Source: Candidatus Daviesbacteria bacterium
Lineage (GTDB): Bacteria > Patescibacteriota > Microgenomatia > Daviesbacterales > UBA10151
Reading direction: 5' to 3'
Assembly (NCBI GenBank): GCA_016187025.1
Contig: JACPKM010000004.1
Coordinates: forward strand, 163,637-227,636
DNA: 64,000 nucleotides
The notes below the pieces were generated by a model, which worked only from the letters and a program-made list of their open reading frames with translations, was not told the DNA's origin and did not search any database. The translations under genes and the position numbers were made by a program. Of the stretch, positions 10,134-19,385 are shown piece by piece. Position 1 is the stretch's first letter, and each line of letters begins with the position of its first letter.

Positions 10134-10409
10134 CTACATTCCGCCCATTCCTTGATTACCACCTGTTTGATCTCCACCGGTAGGATTTTCACCTCCCATA
10201 GGAGGAGCAGGGTTACTTATTGGTTGCTGCTCAACTGGAGCTGGTTCTGGAGCTTCCATTGGAACTGGTTGCTCAGTCACAGGTGCTGCAGGAGCAGAAG
10301 TTGGCATACCAACTGCTGGAGTTGCTGGTTGATCAGCTGGCGTTGGGTCAGCTGGCATTTGTGGTTGTGGAGCGTTTGGATCAGATGCTCCACCTTGATT
10401 TGGGTCCAT
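10134..10409 (-). CDS. Small Pro/Ala/Gln/Gly-rich intrinsically disordered protein
   Basis: Perfect SD AAGGAGGTGA (minus strand, 10417..10426) lies 7 nt upstream of the ATG at 10409. The 91-aa product is low-complexity (PAPAAPV...GGNQGMGGM). The listed ORF begins at an upstream GTG that would contain the SD. Confidence 0.5.
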   Translation of the reverse strand: MDPNQGGASDPNAPQPQMPADPTPADQPATPAVGMPTSAPAAPVTEQPVPMEAPEPAPVEQQPISNPAPPMGGENPTGGDQTGGNQGMGGM

Positions 10410-10526
10410 TAATAAATCACCTCCTTTTATAAAGACTTTTTTCACGATAACTTAATCAAAATTAGAAGTCAATCCACATAAATTTATATGTAACTTGTTG
10501 CGCTTAGATCTAAGGTATGTCTACAA

Positions 10527-11615
10527 TTGAATAATAGGGGTGACTTGATTTTTATGCCCAAAAGACCTGTCCGGAAAAAAAGTAAAACCAATTGGAAGAT
10601 TGCCCGATTTGATAATAAGCTTCACAAGAAAAATAAACTAGCCTTTGGTGTACTAGGTCTGCTGATATTTATTTTACTAATAGGTCAGACAGTAAATGCT
10701 GTATATAAACTATTTTCCCCTATAAACAACGAAAGAGAATCAAAGCGGCCATATAGTATAAGCAAAGATTTTAATATCAACTTAGTATTCAAAAGTAACC
10801 CATTTTCGCTGGTTAACTTTAATGCTGAAGAAAAAACAGTCACCCTCATAAATATTCCGGATGATATATATATCGATGTTCCTGGAGGCTTTGGTATCTG
10901 GCAAGTGAGGGCAATTCATAATTTAGGTGATACAAACAAGATCTTTGGAGGATGGAGTTTACTTAAAAGATCTTTTTCTAATCTATTTGGGTTACCAATT
11001 GATGGATATGTGGATTTAAAAAGCCAAAACACAAAAACAGGCACAGAAATTATCGATTCTTTAAGACAAAATCCTCTTAATGTTTGGTCGATACTATCTA
11101 ATGTAGAGGCTGATTTAACACCATGGGAGTTAATTAACCTAAAATTAATCTTTTCAGGTGTTCGTTTTGATAAAGTACAAACCATAGATTTGAAAAAATT
11201 CAAGCTTCTTGAAGAAAGCAAACTTGGGGATAGTACACCAATTCTGGTTGCAGATCCTTTTAAACTTGATAGCGCTGATATAGATTTTGTAGATAGAAAG
11301 ATCAGAAAAGAGCAGTTGGGTATTGCTATATTTAATGCAACAGATCATCCAGGACTTGCTCAAAAAGCTGCCAGAATAGTTAAAAATATTGGCGGTAATG
11401 TCATAGTAACTGGAAATACCATAAAAAAAGTAAAAGATACACAGGTTCTGACGCAAGATGACGAGGAGTCAGAGACAAAAAAGAGGTTAATGCAGATTTT
11501 TACCCGTAAATGTTTTAAAGATGAAGGATGTGATAGAATTACTGATGATCCTGAGGTGAATAGTTCGCGCGCTAAGATAAATATCATTCTCGGTGAAGAT
11601 TTTTATAGTTTTTAA
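10527..11615 (+). CDS. LytR-CpsA-Psr (LCP) family cell-envelope glycopolymer transferase
   Basis: N-terminal TM helix, then TVTLINIPDDIYIDVPGGFGIWQVRAIHNLGD...GLPIDGYVDL, matching the LCP core pattern. Confidence 0.55.
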   Translation: MNNRGDLIFMPKRPVRKKSKTNWKIARFDNKLHKKNKLAFGVLGLLIFILLIGQTVNAVYKLFSPINNERESKRPYSISKDFNINLVFKSNPFSLVNFNAEEKTVTLINIPDDIYIDVPGGFGIWQVRAIHNLGDTNKIFGGWSLLKRSFSNLFGLPIDGYVDLKSQNTKTGTEIIDSLRQNPLNVWSILSNVEADLTPWELINLKLIFSGVRFDKVQTIDLKKFKLLEESKLGDSTPILVADPFKLDSADIDFVDRKIRKEQLGIAIFNATDHPGLAQKAARIVKNIGGNVIVTGNTIKKVKDTQVLTQDDEESETKKRLMQIFTRKCFKDEGCDRITDDPEVNSSRAKINIILGEDFYSF

Positions 11616-11633
11616 TAAATCTGCCTCTGATTT

Positions 11634-12377
11634 ATGATTCTTTGGCTAATATTATTCTTCTTGGTAATTGGAATTTCCCTTGTGTTGGCTTACCAGTCAA
11701 TGCAGGATTATTACGAAAGCCCTGTTTTTGCAAAGATTGAATATAGTCCATTTTTGGTCCGGCTACCTCAAAACTTTACAGTACAACTACTCGATAAGCT
11801 CCATACTGAAATTGCTAAAAAAGATTTTATATTAAGTATCGAGAGGCTGTTTAAGGGTGGCAAAACCGCACTTGTTTTATATGGACCAAGAGATATTTTA
11901 TTAAAATTTAGTAATCAGTTAAACTTACTTGAGCTTGAGGACTATACCAATATAGATAAAAACAGTATACAAGCCTGGGAAGCTGGGCCAAAAAATAATC
12001 AATCTTTTGATATTTCAGTTAATACTGATGTTTTTCAAAATCTACCACCGCTTTTGACAAATGAGCAGTTTTGGTGGCAAATAACCCTTCGGGCATCATC
12101 AAAACAGGCCAACAAATCAAAAGATAATACTCAGACCAGAGGACAAGTCTTTCAGGGACAAATCAGATCTGTTTTTTTTACTGAGGATTCAGGTAGAAGA
12201 TCTAAAATATCTGCCCAGTTGCAAGACTTGCTAAATGGTCAGTTGGTAAAAATTCCTCAACCCTTTACCAGTGGTCAAATCTTTGATTTCTATAAACAGA
12301 GAACTTTAGCAATAGGCCGGGGGGATCTTTTGATCCTACCTTCAGAGAGTTGGATAGTTTTATCAAGGGTTATCTAA
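11634..12377 (+). CDS. Hypothetical membrane-anchored protein
   Basis: N-terminal TM helix and a 220-aa soluble part with no recognisable motif. It lies 18 nt after the LCP gene. Confidence 0.4.
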   Translation: MILWLILFFLVIGISLVLAYQSMQDYYESPVFAKIEYSPFLVRLPQNFTVQLLDKLHTEIAKKDFILSIERLFKGGKTALVLYGPRDILLKFSNQLNLLELEDYTNIDKNSIQAWEAGPKNNQSFDISVNTDVFQNLPPLLTNEQFWWQITLRASSKQANKSKDNTQTRGQVFQGQIRSVFFTEDSGRRSKISAQLQDLLNGQLVKIPQPFTSGQIFDFYKQRTLAIGRGDLLILPSESWIVLSRVI

Positions 12378-13204
12378 ACTTCTTGTTCTTCTGCTTCTTC
12401 GTACTCAGAGTTTTCACTATCACTTGTAGAATCATAAGAGGTAATAATTTCTGCAGTTGAGGAAGCAGGGTGAAAGTCCAGAAACGAAGGTTGATTTTTG
12501 AATCTCTTAGAGCGGAAAGCCTCTCTTATAAGTACAGTTAGTGAGTTTACTTTAACTGATTTGATATAGGTGTTGTATTTGTTTCCACCCTTAATAAGCC
12601 TTACAAGTCTATGAGATACATCATCTGGTAGGATGCCTAAATAGCTGCCATGCTGATCCAAAACAGTTATTTTGCGGTTTTTAATCTGTAACTCAACCTG
12701 CATACCACAATACGCTTTTGATAATTTTTGCGGTTCAGCAACCTTGGAAAGAGTTACGATTTTAGTTTTGCCAGGTTCTTGCAAAAATAACGAAGCAGTA
12801 AATTTTCTTAACTCTCCGTTTTGAACAAAATTATTTTGACTTACCATATTGTTTACTTCACCACTTTTTGAGGATTTTAAGATTTTTAAGTTTTTTGTAG
12901 CAATGGGGTTATATGGATCAGATTTTAAGGCTAGGTTGTAAAACTTTTTTGCTTGTTCGATTTTACCGAGTTCCATATAAGCTCTACCTAGGCGGGTTAG
13001 AGCATCTACGTTTTCAGGTTCAAGGCCGATAATTTGCTGGTTTAGTTTAACTGCTTCTTGCCAATTTGAGTTGAGAGCTGCATCAATTGCTAGTCGATAG
13101 AGTTGGGAAGAGGAGAGTGTGGAGTCGTCCATCGCTAAGTATGTGAGTATAAGTAGATGGATCCTGATTGTCAATGCTTCGTATTTACTTAGGGAAAGCA
13201 CCAA
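12374..13204 (-). CDS. TPR-repeat protein with acidic C-terminal tail
   Basis: About three TPR-like helix pairs (AVKLNQQIIGLEPENVDALTRLGRAYMELGKIEQAKKFYNLALKSDPYNP). C-terminus is SENSEYEEAEEQEV. Confidence 0.5.
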   Translation of the reverse strand: MVLSLSKYEALTIRIHLLILTYLAMDDSTLSSSQLYRLAIDAALNSNWQEAVKLNQQIIGLEPENVDALTRLGRAYMELGKIEQAKKFYNLALKSDPYNPIATKNLKILKSSKSGEVNNMVSQNNFVQNGELRKFTASLFLQEPGKTKIVTLSKVAEPQKLSKAYCGMQVELQIKNRKITVLDQHGSYLGILPDDVSHRLVRLIKGGNKYNTYIKSVKVNSLTVLIREAFRSKRFKNQPSFLDFHPASSTAEIITSYDSTSDSENSEYEEAEEQEV

Positions 13205-13213
13205 TCCTTATTC

Positions 13214-13242
13214 TTGAAAAATTGATTCTCACAAGATAAGAT
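13214..13242 (+). promoter_or_regulatory. Candidate sigma70-like promoter for yebC (TTGAAA-N17-TAAGAT), leaderless geometry
   Basis: Hexamers are spaced 17 nt. The -10 box ends 8 nt before the ATG at 13251. Confidence 0.3.
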
Positions 13243-13250
13243 TTACCAGT

Positions 13251-14006
13251 ATGTCAGGGCATTCTAAATGGTCAACTATAAAGCGCCAAAAAGGCGTAGC
13301 AGATATCAAAAAGGGCTTAACTTTTACTAAGCTTGCAAATGCTATTACCTTGGTAGCTAAGTTAACCAATTCAGGAGACCCTAACTCCAATCCCAGGCTT
13401 CGCACTATTTTGGAAGAAGCCAGAGAGGTAAATATGCCTAAAGAAAATATCCAGAGGGCTATAGACAGAGGCTTGGGTAATCTTCCAGGGCAAATTATTG
13501 AAGAAGTAACTTATGAGGGTTTTGGGCCCGCTAAAGTGGCATTTTATATTGAAGGGGTAACAGACAATAAGTTAAGAACTTTACAAGAGATCAAAAACCT
13601 ATTTGAAAGAAGCGGGGGATCTCTAGGTAGCCAAGGGAGCACATCCTATATGTTTGATAAAAAGGGTGAGATTAGGGTGAAATCCAAAGGTGGTAGCAAA
13701 GATGATGAGATGTTGGAGCTAATTGATTTGGGTGCAGGGGACGTGGAGGAGTTTGAGGAGGATAATATACAAAAGTATTTAGTCTATGTGGAAAGCCCAG
13801 AATTAAATACTATGAGTATTAATATTACTCAGGCCGGATTTGTAGTAGAATCTGCAGCAATTGTCTTTAAACCCAATATATTGACTGAGGTTACTGATAA
13901 AGAAAATGCTCAAAAGGTTTTGGAATTTACCGGGAAGCTAGAGGAGCATGATGATATTCAAAAGGTGTTTGCAAACTTTGATATTCCAGATAATCTGCTT
14001 GACTAA
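13251..14006 (+). CDS. yebC: YebC/PmpR-family transcriptional regulator
   Basis: MSGHSKWSTIKRQKG N-terminal signature; 251 aa. Confidence 0.85.
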   Translation: MSGHSKWSTIKRQKGVADIKKGLTFTKLANAITLVAKLTNSGDPNSNPRLRTILEEAREVNMPKENIQRAIDRGLGNLPGQIIEEVTYEGFGPAKVAFYIEGVTDNKLRTLQEIKNLFERSGGSLGSQGSTSYMFDKKGEIRVKSKGGSKDDEMLELIDLGAGDVEEFEEDNIQKYLVYVESPELNTMSINITQAGFVVESAAIVFKPNILTEVTDKENAQKVLEFTGKLEEHDDIQKVFANFDIPDNLLD

Positions 14007-14015
14007 ATTTAATAT

Positions 14016-14045
14016 TTGCGAAGTTTAGTGAATCTGTTATATTAG
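14016..14045 (+). promoter_or_regulatory. Candidate promoter of the purine operon (TTGCGA-N17-ATATTA)
   Basis: The -10 box ends 6-7 nt before the ATG at 14052, giving a leaderless-like geometry. Confidence 0.3.
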
Positions 14046-14051
14046 CAGCTA

Positions 14052-15182
14052 ATGAAAAAACTGCATTATGAGTCTTCGGGTGACAACTATAAATTTAAGG
14101 ACCCTTTTAAGCTAATTGCGCTAAACTATTCACAAAAAACAAAAAATAATTTAAAAAGGTTTAAAAGATATGGACTTGAGATTGTGGATGTTTCACAAAG
14201 CCGGGGTGAATCTGCCTACCGTATCCAAATAAAATCTGGTAAGCTTTCAGATTTTCAATTGGCTCATGTGGAGGAAAGCATTGGAACAAAAAACATTATT
14301 GCAGATGAGCTGGCAACTATCTATGGAAAGAGCTTTTATTTTAATAGTGCAATAGATAATGCTGCTTGTATCTTTAACGATTTATCAACCTGTGGTGCTT
14401 TTCCTTTAACTTTTATGCTGCATGTAGCAGCTTACCCTAATGAGTGGTATGCAGATTTAGACAGGTGGAAAGGGTTAATAGAAGGTACAGCAGCAGCGTG
14501 TGATATGGCTGGTGCATCTTGGGGGGGAGGAGAGTCAGCAACTGACAGAGATATTATAATCAAAGGAAAATCACTATTATCCGGTTCTGCTACAGGTATT
14601 ATTTTTCCATCATCAAAGGCATTATCAGAAGAAAATCTTAGAGATGGAGATAGAATCATTCTGCTTAAAAGCAGTGGAGTTCATGCCAATGGAATAACTC
14701 TTTTAAGACGCGAGCTTCTAAAAAGGCTTCCAAAAGGCTATAAAACAAAGCTATCTGATGGTTCAACATATGGGGAAGCTTTAATTACGCAAACGGTAAT
14801 ATATTCAAAATTAGTAGAAGAGGCTATTTTAAATTGTGATGTGCATTATGCAGTTCATATTACTGGGCATGGATGGAGAAAAATTATGAGAGCAAAAAAA
14901 CCATTTTGTTATATGATTGAGGGGATCCCTGTGCCTCAACCAATTTACGGTTTAATCAAAAAATATTCTGACTCTTCTGAGAAAGATATGTATGATACCT
15001 ACAATATGGGAGCTGGATTTGCTTTATTTGTTCCAAGAGAAAGTGTTCAAAAAATTATGCAAATTGCCAAGAAAAACAAAATTCAGGCACTAGATGCAGG
15101 GTTTGTACAAAAAGGTCCTAAGCAAGTAGTAATAAAACCCTTGGGGTTAACCTTTACTACAGAAGATATGAGTATTAGGTAG
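14052..15182 (+). CDS. purM: Phosphoribosylformylglycinamidine cyclo-ligase (AIR synthase), divergent N-terminus
   Basis: PurM-family blocks are present: ESIGTKNI, FNDLSTCGAFPL, GGGESATDR, DGDRIILLKSSGVHANGITLLRR, HITGHGW, MYDTYNMGAGFALFVP. Confidence 0.7.
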   Translation: MKKLHYESSGDNYKFKDPFKLIALNYSQKTKNNLKRFKRYGLEIVDVSQSRGESAYRIQIKSGKLSDFQLAHVEESIGTKNIIADELATIYGKSFYFNSAIDNAACIFNDLSTCGAFPLTFMLHVAAYPNEWYADLDRWKGLIEGTAAACDMAGASWGGGESATDRDIIIKGKSLLSGSATGIIFPSSKALSEENLRDGDRIILLKSSGVHANGITLLRRELLKRLPKGYKTKLSDGSTYGEALITQTVIYSKLVEEAILNCDVHYAVHITGHGWRKIMRAKKPFCYMIEGIPVPQPIYGLIKKYSDSSEKDMYDTYNMGAGFALFVPRESVQKIMQIAKKNKIQALDAGFVQKGPKQVVIKPLGLTFTTEDMSIR

Positions 15183-15248
15183 CTAAATTTCACCTCTTTC
15201 ATTTTTTAGAGGGTTTGTATATATTGATAAGCATTCACCTAACAACTC

Positions 15249-17297
15249 ATGGGGAAGGGCACAGACAATGATTATATTAATCATGAAATACTAGGGGAAA
15301 AGTGCGGGGTTTTTGGGGTACTAGGGAAAGGCTTTGAAGCAGCTCGTTTGGTGCATCCTGGTTTATGGGCGCTTCAACATAGAGGGCAAGAGTCTTCAGG
15401 TATCGCTTCCTCTGATGGAAAAAGAATCCACTCTAAATCAGGTATAGGACTGGTAGCTCATGTTTTCCAAGAAGAGGACATAAAAAAATTGAAGGGATTT
15501 TTGGCAATTGGGCATAACCGTTATTCAACTTCAGGTTCATCAACTGAGCATTGCCAGCCTGTTGTCCGCTCAGCTGGTAAGAGGCAATCAATTGCTCTTG
15601 CTCATAATGGTAACCTACCATCAACTAAAGCCTTAGAAGACTTCTTAAAGAGTAAAAAAGTATCCATAAAAGGATTAAATGATTCAGAGATGATGACTGA
15701 GGCGATTGCATATTTTATGAGACAAGGATCTTCTTTGGTAAATGCTATTAAAAAAGCCTACCCGTTATTTACAGGGGTTTTTTCTCTTTTGGTGATGGAT
15801 AAAAGCAAAATTGTAGCCCTAAGAGATAGTAAAGGGATTAGACCATTGTGTATTGGAAAGCTAGATAAAGGTTTTGTTTTTGCCTCCGAAACATGTGCAC
15901 TAGATACAGTAGGGGCAGAATACTTACAAGAGGTGAAACCAGGGGAGATGGTGGTATTGAGCAAAAATGGTCTAAATTGTATTCAGCTGGAAAAGGGAGA
16001 AGAAAAACTTGATATATTCGAGTTTATTTATTTTGCCAGGCCTGATTCTGTTTTACTGGGAAAAAGCCTTGATCAAATAAGGCAAAATCTTGGTAAAGAG
16101 CTTGCCAAAGAATATCCTATTAAAGCAGATGTGGTGATTCCTGTACCTGATTCGGCAATACCTGCAGCACTGGGATTTTCTAAAGAATCTGGTATTCCTT
16201 TTGAGATGGCATTGATTAAAAACCGTTATATACATAGAACATTTATTCATCCAGAGGAACATATTCGAGGAAAAATCGTACAAATTAAACTAAACCCAAT
16301 GCCGCATTTAATAAAAGGCAAAGATGTAATCGTTATTGATGATTCTATAGTAAGAGGTACAACCTCAAGGCAATTAATAAACATGCTAAAGAAATCCGGA
16401 GCAAAAAAAATACATTTGATGGTAAGCTCTCCTCCGGTCAGGTTTCCGGATTTTTATGGAATCAACACTCCAGATCAAAATGAGTTAATTGCAGCAAAAA
16501 TGAGTATCGAAGAGATTAGAAAAACAATCGGAGCAGATTCTCTCAACTATCTGTCATACAAGGGATTGGTAAAAGCAACCGGATTACTAGAGAGTTCGTT
16601 TTGTATGTCGTGCCTTAATGGCACTTATCCTGTAGATATTGGCGAAAAAGCAAAAACTGTCAGATATAATGTTGCCACAAATGGGATCCCCAAAAAAAGA
16701 CTTGCTGTATTAATCTCCAATAAAGGAACAGGGACAAATTTACAAGCAATCATAGATGGTATAGAAAGTGGAAAAATAAATGGTCAAATTGCAGTGGTTA
16801 TTTCTGATACAGAGCAGTCTTTAGGATTAAATAGAGCAAAAAAATATAATATAGAAATTGCTATTAATAAGAAAAAAGAAGACTTGCTAAACTTACTAAA
16901 AAAATACAACCCTGATTTTATTTGTTTAGCCGGATGGAAACAAATAATTACATTTGATGTTATTAAACATTTTTCCAACAAAGTTTTAAATGTTCATCCT
17001 GGATTAATTCCTGAGAAAATAAACGGATTTGTTAAAAATCCTGATGGTACAAAAGCTCTTTGGAATAAGGGTAAGTTAACAGATCTAGCTATCCAAAACT
17101 TTTTAAAGGCAAAAGCAACTTATGCAGGATCAACAGTGCATTTTTTATCAGAAGAGTTTGATTTTGGATTGGTGTTAGGGAGGGCATTTGTTAAAACAGC
17201 CCCAAAAGATAATGTGGAGTCTTTGTACCAGAGGCTAAAGAGCAAAGAACATGAAATTTATGTGGAGGCTTTATCAAAGTTATGCCGGGAATGTTAG
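15249..17297 (+). CDS. Fusion protein: amidophosphoribosyltransferase (PurF) plus phosphoribosylglycinamide formyltransferase (PurN)
   Basis: N-terminus has CGVFGV...LQHRGQESSGIA (Ntn glutaminase) and a PRTase domain. The C-terminal ~210 aa have RLAVLISNKGTGTNLQAII...LNVHPGLIP (PurN). Confidence 0.85.
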   Translation: MGKGTDNDYINHEILGEKCGVFGVLGKGFEAARLVHPGLWALQHRGQESSGIASSDGKRIHSKSGIGLVAHVFQEEDIKKLKGFLAIGHNRYSTSGSSTEHCQPVVRSAGKRQSIALAHNGNLPSTKALEDFLKSKKVSIKGLNDSEMMTEAIAYFMRQGSSLVNAIKKAYPLFTGVFSLLVMDKSKIVALRDSKGIRPLCIGKLDKGFVFASETCALDTVGAEYLQEVKPGEMVVLSKNGLNCIQLEKGEEKLDIFEFIYFARPDSVLLGKSLDQIRQNLGKELAKEYPIKADVVIPVPDSAIPAALGFSKESGIPFEMALIKNRYIHRTFIHPEEHIRGKIVQIKLNPMPHLIKGKDVIVIDDSIVRGTTSRQLINMLKKSGAKKIHLMVSSPPVRFPDFYGINTPDQNELIAAKMSIEEIRKTIGADSLNYLSYKGLVKATGLLESSFCMSCLNGTYPVDIGEKAKTVRYNVATNGIPKKRLAVLISNKGTGTNLQAIIDGIESGKINGQIAVVISDTEQSLGLNRAKKYNIEIAINKKKEDLLNLLKKYNPDFICLAGWKQIITFDVIKHFSNKVLNVHPGLIPEKINGFVKNPDGTKALWNKGKLTDLAIQNFLKAKATYAGSTVHFLSEEFDFGLVLGRAFVKTAPKDNVESLYQRLKSKEHEIYVEALSKLCREC

Positions 17298-18598
17298 GAA
17301 AAACAGTTCTTATTACAGATGGTGGAGGAAGAGGTGCTGCCTTAGTTGATAAATACGGCCAAAGCAAATATGTAAAAAAAATTATTGTCGTTCCTGGAAA
17401 TGACTTAATGCAAATAAATACTAAAACCCAAGTTAAAATCTTTCCTGATTTGAAAACCACCAGCATTTCAGAAATTTTACAAATCTGCAAAAAAGAAAAA
17501 GTAGATTTAGCAGATGTCGCTCAAGATAATGCCGTAGAAGTTGGGCTGACAAATGAATTAGAAAAAATTAATATTACTGTGGTTGGTCCTACTAGAGAAG
17601 CTGGACAAATTGAATGGGATAAAGCTTGGGCAAGAGAATTTATGGAAAGAAATAATCTGCCATCTCCAGCTTTTAAAATATGCACATCTGAAAGAGAAGG
17701 AATGGATTTTTTAAAAAAACAAAAAGATTCCTCATGGTTTATAAAAGCCTCAGGTCTCGCAGAAGGTAAAGGTGCACTTCCTGCTAGAAATAATGCAGAG
17801 GGTATAGAGAAAATAAAACAGTTGAAAAGTTTTGGCAAAGCAGCGCAAACTTACTTAATTGAGGAATGGTTGGTAGGTGAAGAGTTTTCAGCATTTGCTT
17901 TGTGTGATGGGAAAGACTTTATTTTTGTTGGTTGTGCACAGGATCATAAAAGAGTAAATAATTTTGACCAAGGAGAAAATACAGGCGGTATGGGATGTGT
18001 TTCAAATCCCTTATTAATAACAGACTCTATAAAAAAACAAATTAACACAATTTTTAGAAAAACTATTAATGGACTGATTAAAGAAAAACGAGATTATAAA
18101 GGTGTTTTATACTTGGGGGGAATGGTAGTTTTAGGGAAAGTTTATATTATTGAGTTTAACGCTAGATGGGGAGATCCAGAAGCACAAGTAATTTTACCAG
18201 GTATCAAAAATGATTTATATAAAGTAAGTTTGGCAATTTCCAATGGAAAATTAAATAATCTAAAAATTAAAACAGATCATTTAGTACGGGTTATTGTAAC
18301 CGCAGCATCAAAGGGTTACCCTGTTGATTACTCAAAAGCCAAAGGTAAAAAGATTTTTGGTATTAGTGAGGCTGTTGGTATTAAAGGAGTGAGCTTATAT
18401 GGGGCTGGAATTAAAAGAGTGGGAAAAGATTATTTAGTAAACGGTGGAAGAGTTTTATATACTGTAGGCTCTGGAAAAAACGTTATTGAAGCAAGGATGA
18501 AAGCATATCAGGTAATGAGTTTGATAAGCATTGAAGAAAATAATTTACACTACAGAACAGACATTGGTTGGAGAGATGTTGAGCGAATGAGAAATTAA
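17282..18598 (+). CDS. purD: Phosphoribosylamine--glycine ligase
   Basis: KTVLITDGGGRGAAL N-terminus and an ATP-grasp body. Confidence 0.85.
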   Translation: MPGMLGKTVLITDGGGRGAALVDKYGQSKYVKKIIVVPGNDLMQINTKTQVKIFPDLKTTSISEILQICKKEKVDLADVAQDNAVEVGLTNELEKINITVVGPTREAGQIEWDKAWAREFMERNNLPSPAFKICTSEREGMDFLKKQKDSSWFIKASGLAEGKGALPARNNAEGIEKIKQLKSFGKAAQTYLIEEWLVGEEFSAFALCDGKDFIFVGCAQDHKRVNNFDQGENTGGMGCVSNPLLITDSIKKQINTIFRKTINGLIKEKRDYKGVLYLGGMVVLGKVYIIEFNARWGDPEAQVILPGIKNDLYKVSLAISNGKLNNLKIKTDHLVRVIVTAASKGYPVDYSKAKGKKIFGISEAVGIKGVSLYGAGIKRVGKDYLVNGGRVLYTVGSGKNVIEARMKAYQVMSLISIEENNLHYRTDIGWRDVERMRN

Positions 18599-18602
18599 AA
18601 TT

Positions 18603-19385
18603 ATGTATACCATAGATGGTAAGAAACTAGCATCAATAAGGGAAGAAAAACTTAAAGAGAGGATTAAAAGATTAAAGATATGTCCTAAAGTTGTCAGTAT
18701 TTTGGTGGGAAATGATCCTGCTTCGGTAATGTACACCAACATGAAACAAAAAAAGGCCAAAGATGTCGGGATCGATTTTAAGCCCTTAAGACTGCCTGCA
18801 CAAACCACACCCAAAAGAGTAGTGACAGAAATCGAAAGGTTGAATAAGGATGAAGATATTGATGGAATTATGATTCAACTTCCCTTACCGGAAAAATATT
18901 TTTCTAAAAACCTAACCCCAAAAATTATTCAAAAAATAGATCCCCAAAAAGATATTGACGGTTTAACGGGAAAGGGGAAATTTATTCAAGCAACTGTGAA
19001 GGCTGTTGTAACAATTTTATCTTCAGAAAAAGAGCTTGGTAAAAATAAAAGGACTGTAGTTGTGGGAGGAGTAAGGGGAATGGTAGGAGTAGGGTTGGTT
19101 AATGAATTAAAGCGTTTGGGGGAGGAAGTTGAAGGGATAAGCAAATCTGATCCTCAATTAAAAAATAAAACCAAGAAGGCAGATATATTAATTTCTGCAA
19201 CAGGAGTAAAGAATATCATAACAGCTGAGTTAGTTAAAAAAGGAACTGTAGTGATTGATGTTTCGTATGACGTTGATTTTAAAGATGTTTCAAAATTTGC
19301 TAGTAAGATAACTCCAGTTCCAGGTGGTGTAGGACCGATGACAGTAGTTTGCTTGATGGAGAATATCTGGGAGAAGTATTTATGA
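18603..19385 (+). CDS. folD: Bifunctional methylene-THF dehydrogenase / methenyl-THF cyclohydrolase
   Basis: SILVGNDPASVMYTNMKQKKAKDVGI...IMIQLPLP. Confidence 0.85.
   Translation: MYTIDGKKLASIREEKLKERIKRLKICPKVVSILVGNDPASVMYTNMKQKKAKDVGIDFKPLRLPAQTTPKRVVTEIERLNKDEDIDGIMIQLPLPEKYFSKNLTPKIIQKIDPQKDIDGLTGKGKFIQATVKAVVTILSSEKELGKNKRTVVVGGVRGMVGVGLVNELKRLGEEVEGISKSDPQLKNKTKKADILISATGVKNIITAELVKKGTVVIDVSYDVDFKDVSKFASKITPVPGGVGPMTVVCLMENIWEKYL

Noticed and set aside
10152-10432. Two plus-strand ORFs (86 and 70 aa) overlapping the Pro-rich gene
   Set aside because: They are mirror-frame artefacts of a GC-rich low-complexity region. Only the minus frame has a Shine-Dalgarno and ATG. The plus ORFs encode W/R/S/L-rich nonsense typical of antisense Pro/Ala codons.
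14007-14051. Purine (guanine) or ZTP riboswitch upstream of the pur operon, purP or folD
   Set aside because: Leaders are 45 to 98 nt and lack the conserved purine-riboswitch core and the ZTP pfl motif (GGGUCGUGAC / CCGGGUGG-type). The intergenic distances are too short for an aptamer plus expression platform.
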